Assembly (NCBI GenBank): GCA_051294905.1
Contig: CM119380.1
Coordinates: 3,348,001-3,412,000 of the forward strand
Direction of reading: 5' to 3'
DNA length: 64,000 bases
From: Botryllus schlosseri
Taxonomy: Eukaryota
The notes beneath the pieces are model-generated. The model had not been told where the DNA came from. It did no database searches and was given only the letters and a program-made list of their open reading frames with translations. Of the stretch, positions 25,285-35,669 are shown piece after piece. The translations under genes were made by a program, and so were the position numbers. Position 1 is the first letter of the stretch. The number at the start of each line of letters is the position of its first letter.

Positions 25285-26547
25285 CACATTCAGTCCTTCA
25301 CAGAACTATTACAACTCGACGGCGAGTTGGACTGGAGCAATCGTTGCGAGTAATGACTGACTGAGTATCATTAACTGGCTATAATAGGTCCGGACACAGT
25401 GAGTTTCCCCTTGTGTGTATTGTAGAATGTCGATCAAACAACCCAGACTATATCATACCGCTAAAAAATACGCTGGCAAATACTCTAAATGAGAAATTAC
25501 ATTAATTAGAGTCAGATTCAGAGCGGCGTGGAAGCCCTGTTTACGGCACGACCGCTTTCGGAAAGAATGATTTGTGAATTCTGATCCAGTTTCTTCTCAC
25601 GTGCGGCGAGGTGACTCGAGCGTAACCAACCATTGATACGGACAAAAATCCACCGTGACATAAGCCACCCCCGCGGCGAAGCGTAATTGCAAAAAGGCAG
25701 TTATCGGTGAGCCACAAAAAAATGAAGGAATGGTGTTTTTTTGAATTATGAAGACAATCAATCGGGTCATGAAGAAATATGCAAGGCAAATGCAATGTAT
25801 AGAAAGCGGAAACAGCGTCAGTAAGCGAAGGCAATGTACAGAAGATGTGCAGTATGAGTAAGCAAGAGTTATTCAATTCAAGGCACCACTATTTCGGATG
25901 CAACGATGAGTGCCGGTTGGTTTACAAAACAGCATTTTACGAGTGGAAATCTGTTCTCTCATGATCCAGAAATTATATTGTTTTTAATTGGGGACAGAAC
26001 TTGCAGTAGCAAGATAGTGACGTATTATTATAAGCGAGTGGCATTTGTGCGGCAGAGTCATGGGTTTTTATGCTTCTCAAGGAAGCCGAGAACGATTCAA
26101 GTCGGGACAGCAAAGAAACATATGACAGAATAAAATTAAAACATGTCAGGTAAGGCGCGCGCGGAGCGATCCTGGTTGAAGGCGGTCCTTGACGGGCGAA
26201 CGTGTTGAATCGAGCGTAGGTCGTTCGAATGCTGCGGAGCATTGCGGTGCTGTCGGTACAGTAGCGAGCGGAGTCGATATCGTTAGGATTTACATTTACG
26301 GGCTCATTTACATTTACGGGCTCAAAGACGCAATCGGGTTCGTAGATAAAACTAAAAATAGGAGCGACTTTATCGCGAGCATGAGAACTGTATTTGTTGT
26401 GCGCTAAGGGCACGAGATCGGCATTGAAATCGTCTGTACGACGATGATTTGCGAGTTTATCGCGAGAGCGAGATCGTTGTGCCCGGTTGGCACATTACGA
26501 ATATCGGCGGATTGACCGCGCGAACTAGGAATAAGATCAGTGCACGC

Positions 26548-29045
26548 TAGGGTTGTTCAGAATTGACCGACTTTCAAAAAGTCCAGGTTTTCAGTCCGAT
26601 TCCCATGCCTTATACCTTAAAAACATATTCTGGCTACTTGTTTTTGTAACTCGTCCCCTCCATCCGCGAGCACATTGAGCTGGAAGAATAGCAGCTGAAA
26701 ATAGGGGATTCCCCTAAAATCTGAGTGTCACGATTTTACCTAGCCTAGTTAAAGTGACATATAACATGGATTTATGCAGCTGTTGCGGTTTGGAGTGCTA
26801 CAAAACCCCACTATATAAGGCATTCCTAGTTCAGGATATCATTTCCATGTCCCACACTGCCTTAGAACCGCTCAAAACTACCTAAAACTGATAGTCATTT
26901 TGTTGGATCACATATCCTACACCCCTCAAACCTACCCGGCACTGTTCATCAATTTCCTGGATCCCCATGTGCAAGAATACAACTGTAAATGTAACATCCA
27001 CTCACAGCCACATAATAAACATCACAGGAAACGAAAAAATAAGGCAAAGAAAGATATCAACTTTTCAAAATATTACATAAATCAGGTGGATGAAATGGTT
27101 GATTTCGAGAAATCTGCATATCTGTTCCGGTGATCTTCCACAGCTTGTAGGAGGCTCGCTCGATGTTTTTTGTCATCCGGCCGTTATAAACGCAGCATAG
27201 TCGGTATTCAATTTTACCATACGCTCTGCTGCATCATTAACTACTTCAACAGTATTCACAAATTCTTGAGCAGTCACGAAATCCGGATCAGTTTGCCATT
27301 CCGAAACTGGAAGACTCAACCAATCATGTTCCACATGTATAGCATCAAATAGAAACCACGATTCTGACCCAATCAAAATTACCATACTCATTGACTCAGA
27401 GACAGAGTCAGAGATCAGACTGAGAGGCATACCTCTGCGAAAGTTTTCAGAGATTGGCATTTTCAGCAATTTAGTAGCCATCGCTTCCTTCAGTTTGTCA
27501 GGAATCTTTGGATTAGCCGAGACCATGGTAAATACCACCATTTCCTCAGTTAGATGCCAATGATGTTTTCGCAATTTCTTGTATGCCACATCAGCAACAG
27601 TGAGATCGCATAATGAAATGTTTTTCATGTCATGAAGGAATTTGAGATCATTCCAAGGTGCGTCACATGCAATACCAGTTTTCAACCAAGCTGGAACATA
27701 AAACAAAGCAATGAATGTATTGAATCGTTCCAACTTCTCAATGAACTCTTCAGAATAGGCCATTTGCTCACTCAACATGAACATTTTTTGACAGTACAGG
27801 ACTTGACTCATCCATCTAGCGCTATGAGTAGCACCAGGCTTGCGAAAACGATGATCAACATATTTGTCATCCAAAATCGCCAAGGTGCCTGTTGCACATT
27901 CTCTGTAGTCATCTCTTATCAAGACTTCTTTCTGCTTTCCATCATTGGGTTTTATCAGTGGAATTATTTCTTGCTTTGCTTCATCAGCTTTCATCGCCAA
28001 CCAGCTGCCTTCAATAAACTTCAGCGTTTTATAGCTTCTTGATATATCAATATGTTTCCACTTCTTCATATCAATATGTTTCCACTTCTTCTTGAAGGTA
28101 TTAAAATCCGTGTTTTCAGGGCCTGTGGTTGTCGATCCAAACAAACACTTCCAAACCTCTCGAATGACCAGTTCATAAATATGATGGCGACAGCCATTGT
28201 AGAAAACTTTCCTGTTAATCAATTCTTCAAGTAACGGAACCGCACCTTTGTTTTTACCAGTGTTTGAGGATGTTGTGTCAAACACAAGAGCTCTAACAGA
28301 TTTTGTTAAATTCCAAAGTTCCAGCAGTTCAAATGATGCATCAGCCTGTGCTTTTCCTGTGGCACTTTAATGATGCAGCAGAGCGTATGGTAAAATTGAA
28401 TACCGACTATGCTGCGTTCAACGGATGACAAAAAACAGCGAGCGAGCCTCCTACAAGCTGTGGAAGATCACCGGAACAGATTTCTCGAAATCAACCATTT
28501 CATCCACCTGATTTATGTAATATTTTGAAAAGTTGATATCTTTCTTTGCCTTATTTTTTCGTTTCCTGTGATGTTTATTATGTGGCTGTGAGTGGATGTT
28601 ACATTTACAGTTGTATTCTTGCACATGGGGATCCAGGAAATTGATGAACAGTGCCGGGTAGGTTTGAGGGGTGTAGGATATGTGATCCAACAAAATGACT
28701 ATCAGTTTTAGGTAGTTTTGAGCAGTTCTAAGGCAGTGTGGGACATGGAAATGATATCCTGAACTAGGAACGCCTTATATAGTGGGGTTTTGTAGCACTC
28801 CAAACCGCAACAGCTGCATAAATCCATGTTATATGTCACTTTAACTAGGCTAGGTAAAATCGTGACACTCAGATTTTAGGGGAATCCCCTATTTTCAGCT
28901 GCTATTCTTCCAGCTCAATGTGCTCGCGGATGGAGGGGACGAGTTACAAAAACAAGTAGCCAGAATATGTTTTTAAGGTATAAGGCATGGGAATCGGACT
29001 GAAAACCTGGACTTTTTGAAAGTCGGTCAATTCTGAACAACCCTA
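26548..29045 (-). mobile_element. hATm-type element with ~690-bp inverted arms
   Basis: Termini TAGGGTTGTTCAG / CTGAACAACCCTA; perfect TSD GTGCACGC; arms 26548-27240 and 28367-29045 nearly identical. Confidence 0.95.
27173..28366 (-). CDS. hATm transposase, C-terminal ~400 codons open, 5' end missing
   Basis: VFDTTSSNTGKNKGA, GCRHHIYEL, PGATHSARWM, APWNDL, VVNDAAERMVKL; 24-bp duplication KKWKHID. Confidence 0.88.
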   Translation of the reverse strand, partial: SATGKAQADASFELLELWNLTKSVRALVFDTTSSNTGKNKGAVPLLEELINRKVFYNGCRHHIYELVIREVWKCLFGSTTTGPENTDFNTFKKKWKHIDMKKWKHIDISRSYKTLKFIEGSWLAMKADEAKQEIIPLIKPNDGKQKEVLIRDDYRECATGTLAILDDKYVDHRFRKPGATHSARWMSQVLYCQKMFMLSEQMAYSEEFIEKLERFNTFIALFYVPAWLKTGIACDAPWNDLKFLHDMKNISLCDLTVADVAYKKLRKHHWHLTEEMVVFTMVSANPKIPDKLKEAMATKLLKMPISENFRRGMPLSLISDSVSESMSMVILIGSESWFLFDAIHVEHDWLSLPVSEWQTDPDFVTAQEFVNTVEVVNDAAERMVKLNTDYAAFITAG

Positions 29046-29742
29046 GTGCACGCGTTCGGCACTTTACGAATATCAGCGGACTGACCGCGAGGACGAGTTA
29101 GATCATTGTGCGCATTTGGCACGTAACGAATATCGGCGGATTGACCGCGAGAACGAGAAGGTATATCATTGTGCGCATTTGGCACGTGACGAATATCGGC
29201 GGGTTGACCGCGAGAACGAGAAGGTATATCATTGTGCGCATTTGGCACGTAACGAATATCGGCGGATTGACCGCGAGAACGAGAAGGTATGTGCGCATTT
29301 GGCACGTGACGAATATCGGCGGGTTGACCGCGAGAACGAGAAGGTATATCATTGTGCGCATTTGGCACGTAACGAATATCGGCGGATTGACCGCGAGAAC
29401 GAGAAGGTATATCATTGTGCGCACTTGGCACGTTACGGATATCGGCAGATTGACCGCGAGAACGAGAAGTTAGATCATTGTGCGCATTTGGCGCGTTACG
29501 GATATCGGCGGATTGGCCGCGAGAACGAGAAGTTGTATCATTAGATCTAAGGCCACTCTGGCACTGCGGAGTGCTTTGAGAACACGAGGGAATGACCGGC
29601 CTCGAACCGGCAGTGAGACTATGGGAATGGATGACGACGAAGTTCCAGCTCGGCTTTGCGGCCTGCAGCTGACCTCGTTAAGAATGAGGCAGAATAACTA
29701 CTCGACGATTCCTTTGAAGTTGTTGGCTTAATGCAGTCATAT

Positions 29743-29841
29743 CAGGGTTGGGTTAGGGGGAATATTAGGGTTGGGTTAGGGGATATTAGTGTTAGGTTAG
29801 GGGCAATATTTGGGTTGGCGGAGGGGGATATTAGGGTTAGG
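29743..29841 (+). repeat. G-rich telomere-like ~21-bp repeats (TTAGGGTTGGGTTAGGGGGATA)
   Basis: Multiple TTAGGG/TTGGG tracts read directly. Confidence 0.85.
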
Positions 29842-30060
29842 GTGTACTTTGCGGCCAAGATACTCGTGTAGGTACCCTCGCATAATTGGGCATGATACCA
29901 AGTGTACTTTGCGGCCAAGATACTCATGTAGGTACTCTCGCACAATAGGGCATGATACCAAGTGTACTTTGCGGCCAAGATACTCGTGTAGGTACCCTCA
30001 CATAATTGGGCATCACGTTTGGTGTATCACGTTTATTTGTGAAAGAACGAAACAAGGAAA
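29840..30060 (-). repeat. Left inverted arm of Merlin element: ~3 copies of 60-bp unit plus unique inner arm
   Basis: Reverse complement of the 31300-32600 arm, including TTTCCTTGTTTCGTTCTTTCACAAATAAACG. Confidence 0.92.
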
Positions 30061-30095
30061 ATTGAACGAAATTGCAGGAATGGTTAATCGTCATT

Positions 30096-31254
30096 TTAAA
30101 ATTGATACTCTGGATGAGTCGCAATCGCACGAATGATATCGGGGAAGTAATGTGCCCTGTCTCTAGTCATTCGCCACATCCACTCCTCAATATATGAGGG
30201 CACAAAACTTCTTACCGAACCATTCATGCGATTGAATTTTCTTTTGCAATCCCGCCATTGACTTTCAATATTATTCGTATGCACGCCATCGGGTGCCACG
30301 TATAAATCCTTATGACACACCGATTTGTGTGTGTAATTCAGGCCCATTCCTGTTAACGAAATACAAATACTTTCATAAAAGTGACTGTTATCGTTGAAAT
30401 ATACATTTTTACCGTTTATGCCACGATATGCAGCCCATTGATCGGACCAAATTTCAGTCCCTGGAGCCATGTGTTGACGAATAATCGGCAAAAGTGTAGC
30501 GGCGTCGCGACGATCGACGAATCGCATGAAGCATTGACTGCATAAAACATTTAATATTCTTCAAGTTTTGCTAACTTGGGTGTTATTTTCTGTATACAAA
30601 CTTCGTTGTGAGATCCACGCCTCCAAATATCCACTGTTGTGGGACGGGTCTTGCCTGGGCATTTTCCCCACGGCCGTGCTTTGCTATGACAGACTCGTCA
30701 ATAGCCACAACGTGTCCTGGACTACCAACGACGCCGGAGCCTCTCAGTACCTCACTCGAGCAGACCTTGAATATATCAGAGTAATCATAGTGCAATGCTA
30801 TACAATTAAACTTGGAAATTACCTCCCTGAAAAATTGACACCAGTCAATGCAGGTCCGATTACTGATCTTTAATTCGTGTATGATCGCGACCTGCAAATG
30901 GTCCTGTGACCAAAAGTAGAGGAGGTACAGTAGTTGCAATGGCGTCAGATTGCTTTTGTAAAAAAAAGAACCAAGACGTATGCTCCAAAAATTCTTGCAT
31001 TTCTGTGAATGAAAAATGTCACGAAACATTAGTTTCTGGCTCCAAAAAAAAATATGACCTCCTACCGGACAACGCCAGGCGGTCCGATCTTTAACGTTCC
31101 TGAATTTTTCAGCGCATGGCACGCTGCATCGTGGGCAATTCTGTTGCCTTGCAAGTAGTCCATGCTGCCTGAAAAACTGAATGGCTGCAGTGTTGCTTGA
31201 CAGCGCGCCCATTCCAATGAGCTCTGGTATGCCTACACCAACTAAACTCGACAT
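30096..31254 (-). CDS. Merlin (IS1595/ISXO2-like) DDE transposase, apparently intact, 5 exons (31254-31066, 31002-30823, 30765-30602, 30537-30413, 30349-30096), 303 aa
   Basis: Spliced length 912 nt with no stops; four 57-64 bp GT-AG introns; WRCPKC..SIR.GSFF, DWCQFFREVC, catalytic VAIDES / IWSDQW / NNIES. Confidence 0.93.
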
Positions 31255-31299
31255 GCTTAGGCTATTGATAAATGTGGGCTATGAAATGAAATGATATAT

Positions 31300-32600
31300 T
31301 ATTTTCCTTGTTTCGTTCTTTCACAAATAAACGCGATACACCCAACGTGATGCCCAATTATGCGAGGCTACCTACACGAGTATCTTGGCCGCCAAGTACA
31401 CTTGGTATCATGCCCAATTATGCGAGACTACCTACACGAGTATCTTGGTCGCAAAGTACACTTGGTATCATGCCCTGCCCAATTATGCGAGAGTACCTGC
31501 ACGAGTATCTTGGCCGCCAAGTACACTTGGTATCATGCCCAATTATGCGAGAGTACCTACACGAGTATCTTGGCCGCGAAGTACACTTGGTATCATGCCC
31601 AATTATGCGAGACTACCTACACGAGTATCTTGGCCGCAAAGTACACTTGGTATCATGCCCAATTATGCGAGACTACCTACACGAGTATCCTGGCCGCAAA
31701 GTACACTTGGTATCATGCCCAATTATGCGAGACTACCTACACGAGTATCTTGGCCGCAAAGTGCACTTGGTATCATGCCCAATTATGCGAGGGTACCTAC
31801 ACGAGTATCTTGGCCGCAAAGTACACTTGGTATCATGCCCAATTATGCGAGGGTACCTACACGAGTATCTTGGCCGCAAAGTACACTTGGTATCATGCCC
31901 AATTATGCGAGACTACCTACACGAGTATCTTGGCCGCAAAGTACACTTGGTATCATGCCCAATTATGCGAGACTACCTACACGAGTATCTTGGCCGCAAA
32001 GTACACTTGGTATCATGCCCAATTATGCGAGACTACCTACACGAGTATCTTGGCCGCAAAGTACACTTGGTATCATGCCAAATTATGCGAGACTACCTAC
32101 ACGAGTATCTTGGCCGCAAAGTACACTTGGTATCATGCCCAATTATGCGAGACTACCTACACGAGTATCTTGGCCGCAAAGTACACTTGGTATCATGCCC
32201 AATTATGCGAGAGTACCTACACGAGTATCTTGGCCGCAAAGTACACTTGGTATCATGCCCAATTATGCGAGAGTACCTACACGAGTATCTTGGCCGCAAA
32301 GTACACTTGGTATCATGCCCAATTATGCGAGGGTACCTACACGAGTATCTTGGCCGCAAAGTACACTTGGTATCATGCCCAATTATGCGAGGGTACCTAC
32401 ACGAGTATCTTGGCCGCAAAGTACACTTGGTATCATGCCCAATTATGCGAGGGTACCTACACGAGTATCTTGGCCGCAAAGTACACTTGGTATCATATCC
32501 TGTTATGCGAGTGTCTCTGTATGAGTATCTTGGCCGCAAAGTACACTTGGTATCATATTCTATTATGCGAGTGTCTTCACATGAGTATCTTGACCGCCTA
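31300..32600 (+). repeat. Right inverted arm of Merlin element expanded into a ~21-copy 60-bp satellite
   Basis: Unit ACGAGTATCTTGGCCGCAAAGTACACTTGGTATCATGCCCAATTATGCGAG(ACT/AGT/GGT)ACCTAC, in register across consecutive 60-nt lines. Confidence 0.97.
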
Positions 32601-33010
32601 GCTGGAGTGCCCGATGTCCAGTTCTTTTCAGGGTCTAGGGGAAGAGGAGCCCAGATAAACGTGCGACGAGAATCGAATCGGATCCGCCAAATTAGTGGGC
32701 GCTTATCGTTACCACTACGTTATCTCCCCCGCACCTATTATCACACCTTATTATGTGAGTGTCTGTACAGTACATGAGTGTAATGGGCGCAAAGTGCGTT
32801 GTATTTTTTAAATTTTCGATAAAAATGCGATACACAATACATAATGTGGTGAAGAGATCGTGTGGTGAAGAGATCGAAGTAAGTCGCTTCCTTGCCCTTT
32901 TCCTTCGTTTTCTTGTACAATTTCTTCATCTGGCATGCGAGCGAGCGATGTAAAATGTAATCTTGCTCATTACCGGCATGTGTATCTGTGAATTCAAGAT
33001 GAGTTGTTTA

Positions 33011-35198
33011 CATAGGCGCTGAACTCTGATTTTCCCTAGGTATGCGAGATCGATGACGTCACAAAGGGATGACGTCATAGTGCGCCAGAATTGGCAAATT
33101 AGCCGACTCGCAAGCGTTCAATATCACCTGGCACTTGTATATGGTGACAAAATTACGATATGATTAGGCAGGCCGCGTAGCCAGCCGGCCGCTTGCTGAA
33201 TTGATTGAATCCATTTCAAATTTACCAAGGTGGCATCAGTTTATTATGGTCAAGAACATGCACCAATGCCGATGATAATTCATCGATCGGATCAGCATCC
33301 TTGTGTAATATTTTTGGTTTGTAATATTTTATTTCTGCAATTTTCCACGGAAATGAAAATGCAACATGAAATAAATACACTCGCGACTTCGGTCACCTTG
33401 CTAACATGCATAACATATAAGCAGAACAATACCCGCCATTTACGGTGACGGGGAAACGAAAAAAATTTTTAACGATAAATAAATGCGAAAAAATCACAAA
33501 ATGAAAATGCGATAATAATCTAAGGGCCAGAGAAGACATGGCCAGTTCGCCCAGGGACAGGGGACACCAACACAGACAAAGGCCTCCACCAAAAACACAC
33601 GATATATGAGGTGGAGGCCGACATACAACACAAAAATACAGAGGCGAACTGGCGAGGTCCGACTACAGGCAGTATCATAATAGTTGTGGTGGTGGAAATC
33701 CAAAAAATAAAATTATCGTCATGAGGTTGGGGAACTCCTCCCCTTAGCATTTAGTACCACTCTGAAACTAAAATCGAAAACTAAAACTATCAACACAACT
33801 ATCGACACATCACGCTACCATAAGATTACCAACGCGTGCGACTGTGTAGTCAATTAGCGAGCTCGCAATCTCCGCAACATATTCGCCAACACACGCGCCG
33901 ACAATCGGGAGATTTCAATCACTCCGCCTCGAGAACAAATGAATACGCATCTTCGGCGACGGCTAATAAGGTTGCAGGTATTATTTCACCAAATAGAAAG
34001 TCTGTTCTGGACTCTATTCATTAGTGACTTTGATTTCATAGGAGTTAGAAGTTTCAATATCATGAGCCTGCAAGACATTTTCTGACCGTTCTGTTTTAGT
34101 ATTAGCGTTAGTCAAAATCAATTACGCCGCTGTCTGTTCACGGTCAGTATGTATTTCAATCAATTCCGTCCATGTTCATTGTTCAATGTCTGAGCCAGTC
34201 TGACATCACAATCACAGAAGAAGCGATAGTTCCGGCCGGCGCATAAGATATCATGTTCCTTCACAGCAGGAGATGACAATCGCAACATTTCGCGCATATA
34301 GAATTTAACATCTTTAGTATCAAGTTCTCGGTCTTGTTGCCTCGCGTTGCGTCTTCTGACCACTCGCGTTTGATCAAATGTTCAGGCGCATAGCCGAGTT
34401 GTTATGGAGTGTGTTCTATAATGGAATCCGCATCGATTTCAGGTGGTTCAAACCTTTCTCAACTTTTATAACTCAAGCCTTGACTCACATCTTCTGATGG
34501 TTATTGGTTATGTTCAAGTATTAGCGGAAATCAAGTACGCATGTACGCACAAGTCACACATTTTTGCGGACATTCGATGTCAGTAAGTTTCGTGATATCA
34601 ATCTTTAATCACACCCGATAGATAGGAGCCAACGCATGCTAGGCCGGAGACGCGATAGTTAGGCCGGCAATGATATATTTCGAACCACGCAGACGCAATT
34701 ATGTAGGCCAACGATGTTATCGTGCGCAGGCCAGTGATGGTATAGTGCGCACCGAGCCTATTGCCGATGCCATTCATCAAGCCAGCGCAACTAGACCTGA
34801 CGGAGACGGGATAAATCAGGCCTGCGACGATTGCGCGCGGTAATCAATGACCTAATTCCGCAATCATCTCAGCGTCGAGATCGCGTTGCGTTACATTGTG
34901 CACAAACGATTCTCGCAAATTGGAAACGCGCTTCCGGCTAATTGGCCGTGGCCCCGCGCAACACTGATAAATACGGACAACTTAATTGTAACTGAAGGAC
35001 GGAGTTTCGTTAAGCGCCTGAACGTATTGCTGTCGGATTACTTACGTGTTCAGCAGCACTACGAAACGCTTATTTCTAAATCGATCAATTCACCACCCAG
35101 TCAGTAACGGACTAAACCGAATTCTGGGTATGCCGCATACCCAAAAAAATTCCTAGGTATGCGCGGCATACCTAGCATACCTGAGTTCAGCGCCTATG
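33011..35198. mobile_element. hAT-type non-autonomous element
   Basis: TIR CATAGGCGCTGAACTC / GAGTTCAGCGCCTATG; perfect TSD GTTGTTTA. Confidence 0.93.
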
Positions 35199-35479
35199 GT
35201 TGTTTATAAGAGGCAATAATATGATATAATATGGAACCCCGACTTGATTTATAGGGCTTTGTGATTATATTGAAAGATGTCGCGGGCCGCGGGTTGAGAA
35301 CCCCTGATTTATAGGGTTTTGTGGGGAGCATAGTCGGTAATTACGTGAAGCACTATGAATTCCGGCACGTTGATGTGCAACACTGATAGGTGATGGTCAT
35401 GGGGATCACTTTCTCGAGGTGGCCGGATTCTACACTTGACCCTATCGATGTCAGTCAGTTCTCGTATTTTTTTAACGTA

Positions 35480-35669
35480 TGTCCTTGTTATTGACACATT
35501 CAGACCTTCACAGAACTGTTACAACTCGACGGCGAGTTGGACTGGAGGAATCGTTGCGAGTAATGACTGACTGAGTATAATTAACTGGCTAATAAGTCCG
35601 GACACAGTAAGTTTCCCCTTGTGTGTATTGTAGAATGTCGATCAAACAAACCAGATTATATCATACCGC
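35480..35669 (+). repeat. ~190-bp dispersed copy of 25270-25461
   Basis: TGTCCTTGTTATTGACACATTCAG...TATCATACCGC shared with few substitutions. Confidence 0.9.

Larger units (their letters stand above)
26470..29540 (+). repeat. 63-bp minisatellite (~7 copies at 29060-29530 plus diverged copies at 26470-26547), split by the hATm insertion
   Basis: Unit ATCATTGTGCGCATTTGGCACGT(A/G)ACGAATATCGGCGG(A/G)TTGACCGCGAGAACGAGAAGGTAT. Confidence 0.9.

Noticed and set aside
26900-27133. Paired ORFs MLDHISYTPQ... (also 28451-28693)
   Set aside because: Mirror images caused by the hATm inverted arms, with no domain resemblance.
29027-29544. Four overlapping repeat ORFs as genes
   Set aside because: Produced by the 63-bp minisatellite; kept only as a low-confidence hypothesis for one frame.
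29743-29841. True telomere or chromosome end
   Set aside because: Only ~100 bp, degenerate and interstitial.
31345-32600. CRISPR-like array
   Set aside because: Units are contiguous and near-identical with no unique spacers; eukaryotic context and no cas genes.
31308-32777. Long ORFs of 489, 413 and 379 aa
   Set aside because: Artefact of a stop-free 60-bp tandem unit read in all three frames; no coding signal.
35281-35306. Charlie-type right end (GGTTGAGAACCCCTG) as a complete element
   Set aside because: No matching left end or TSD found.
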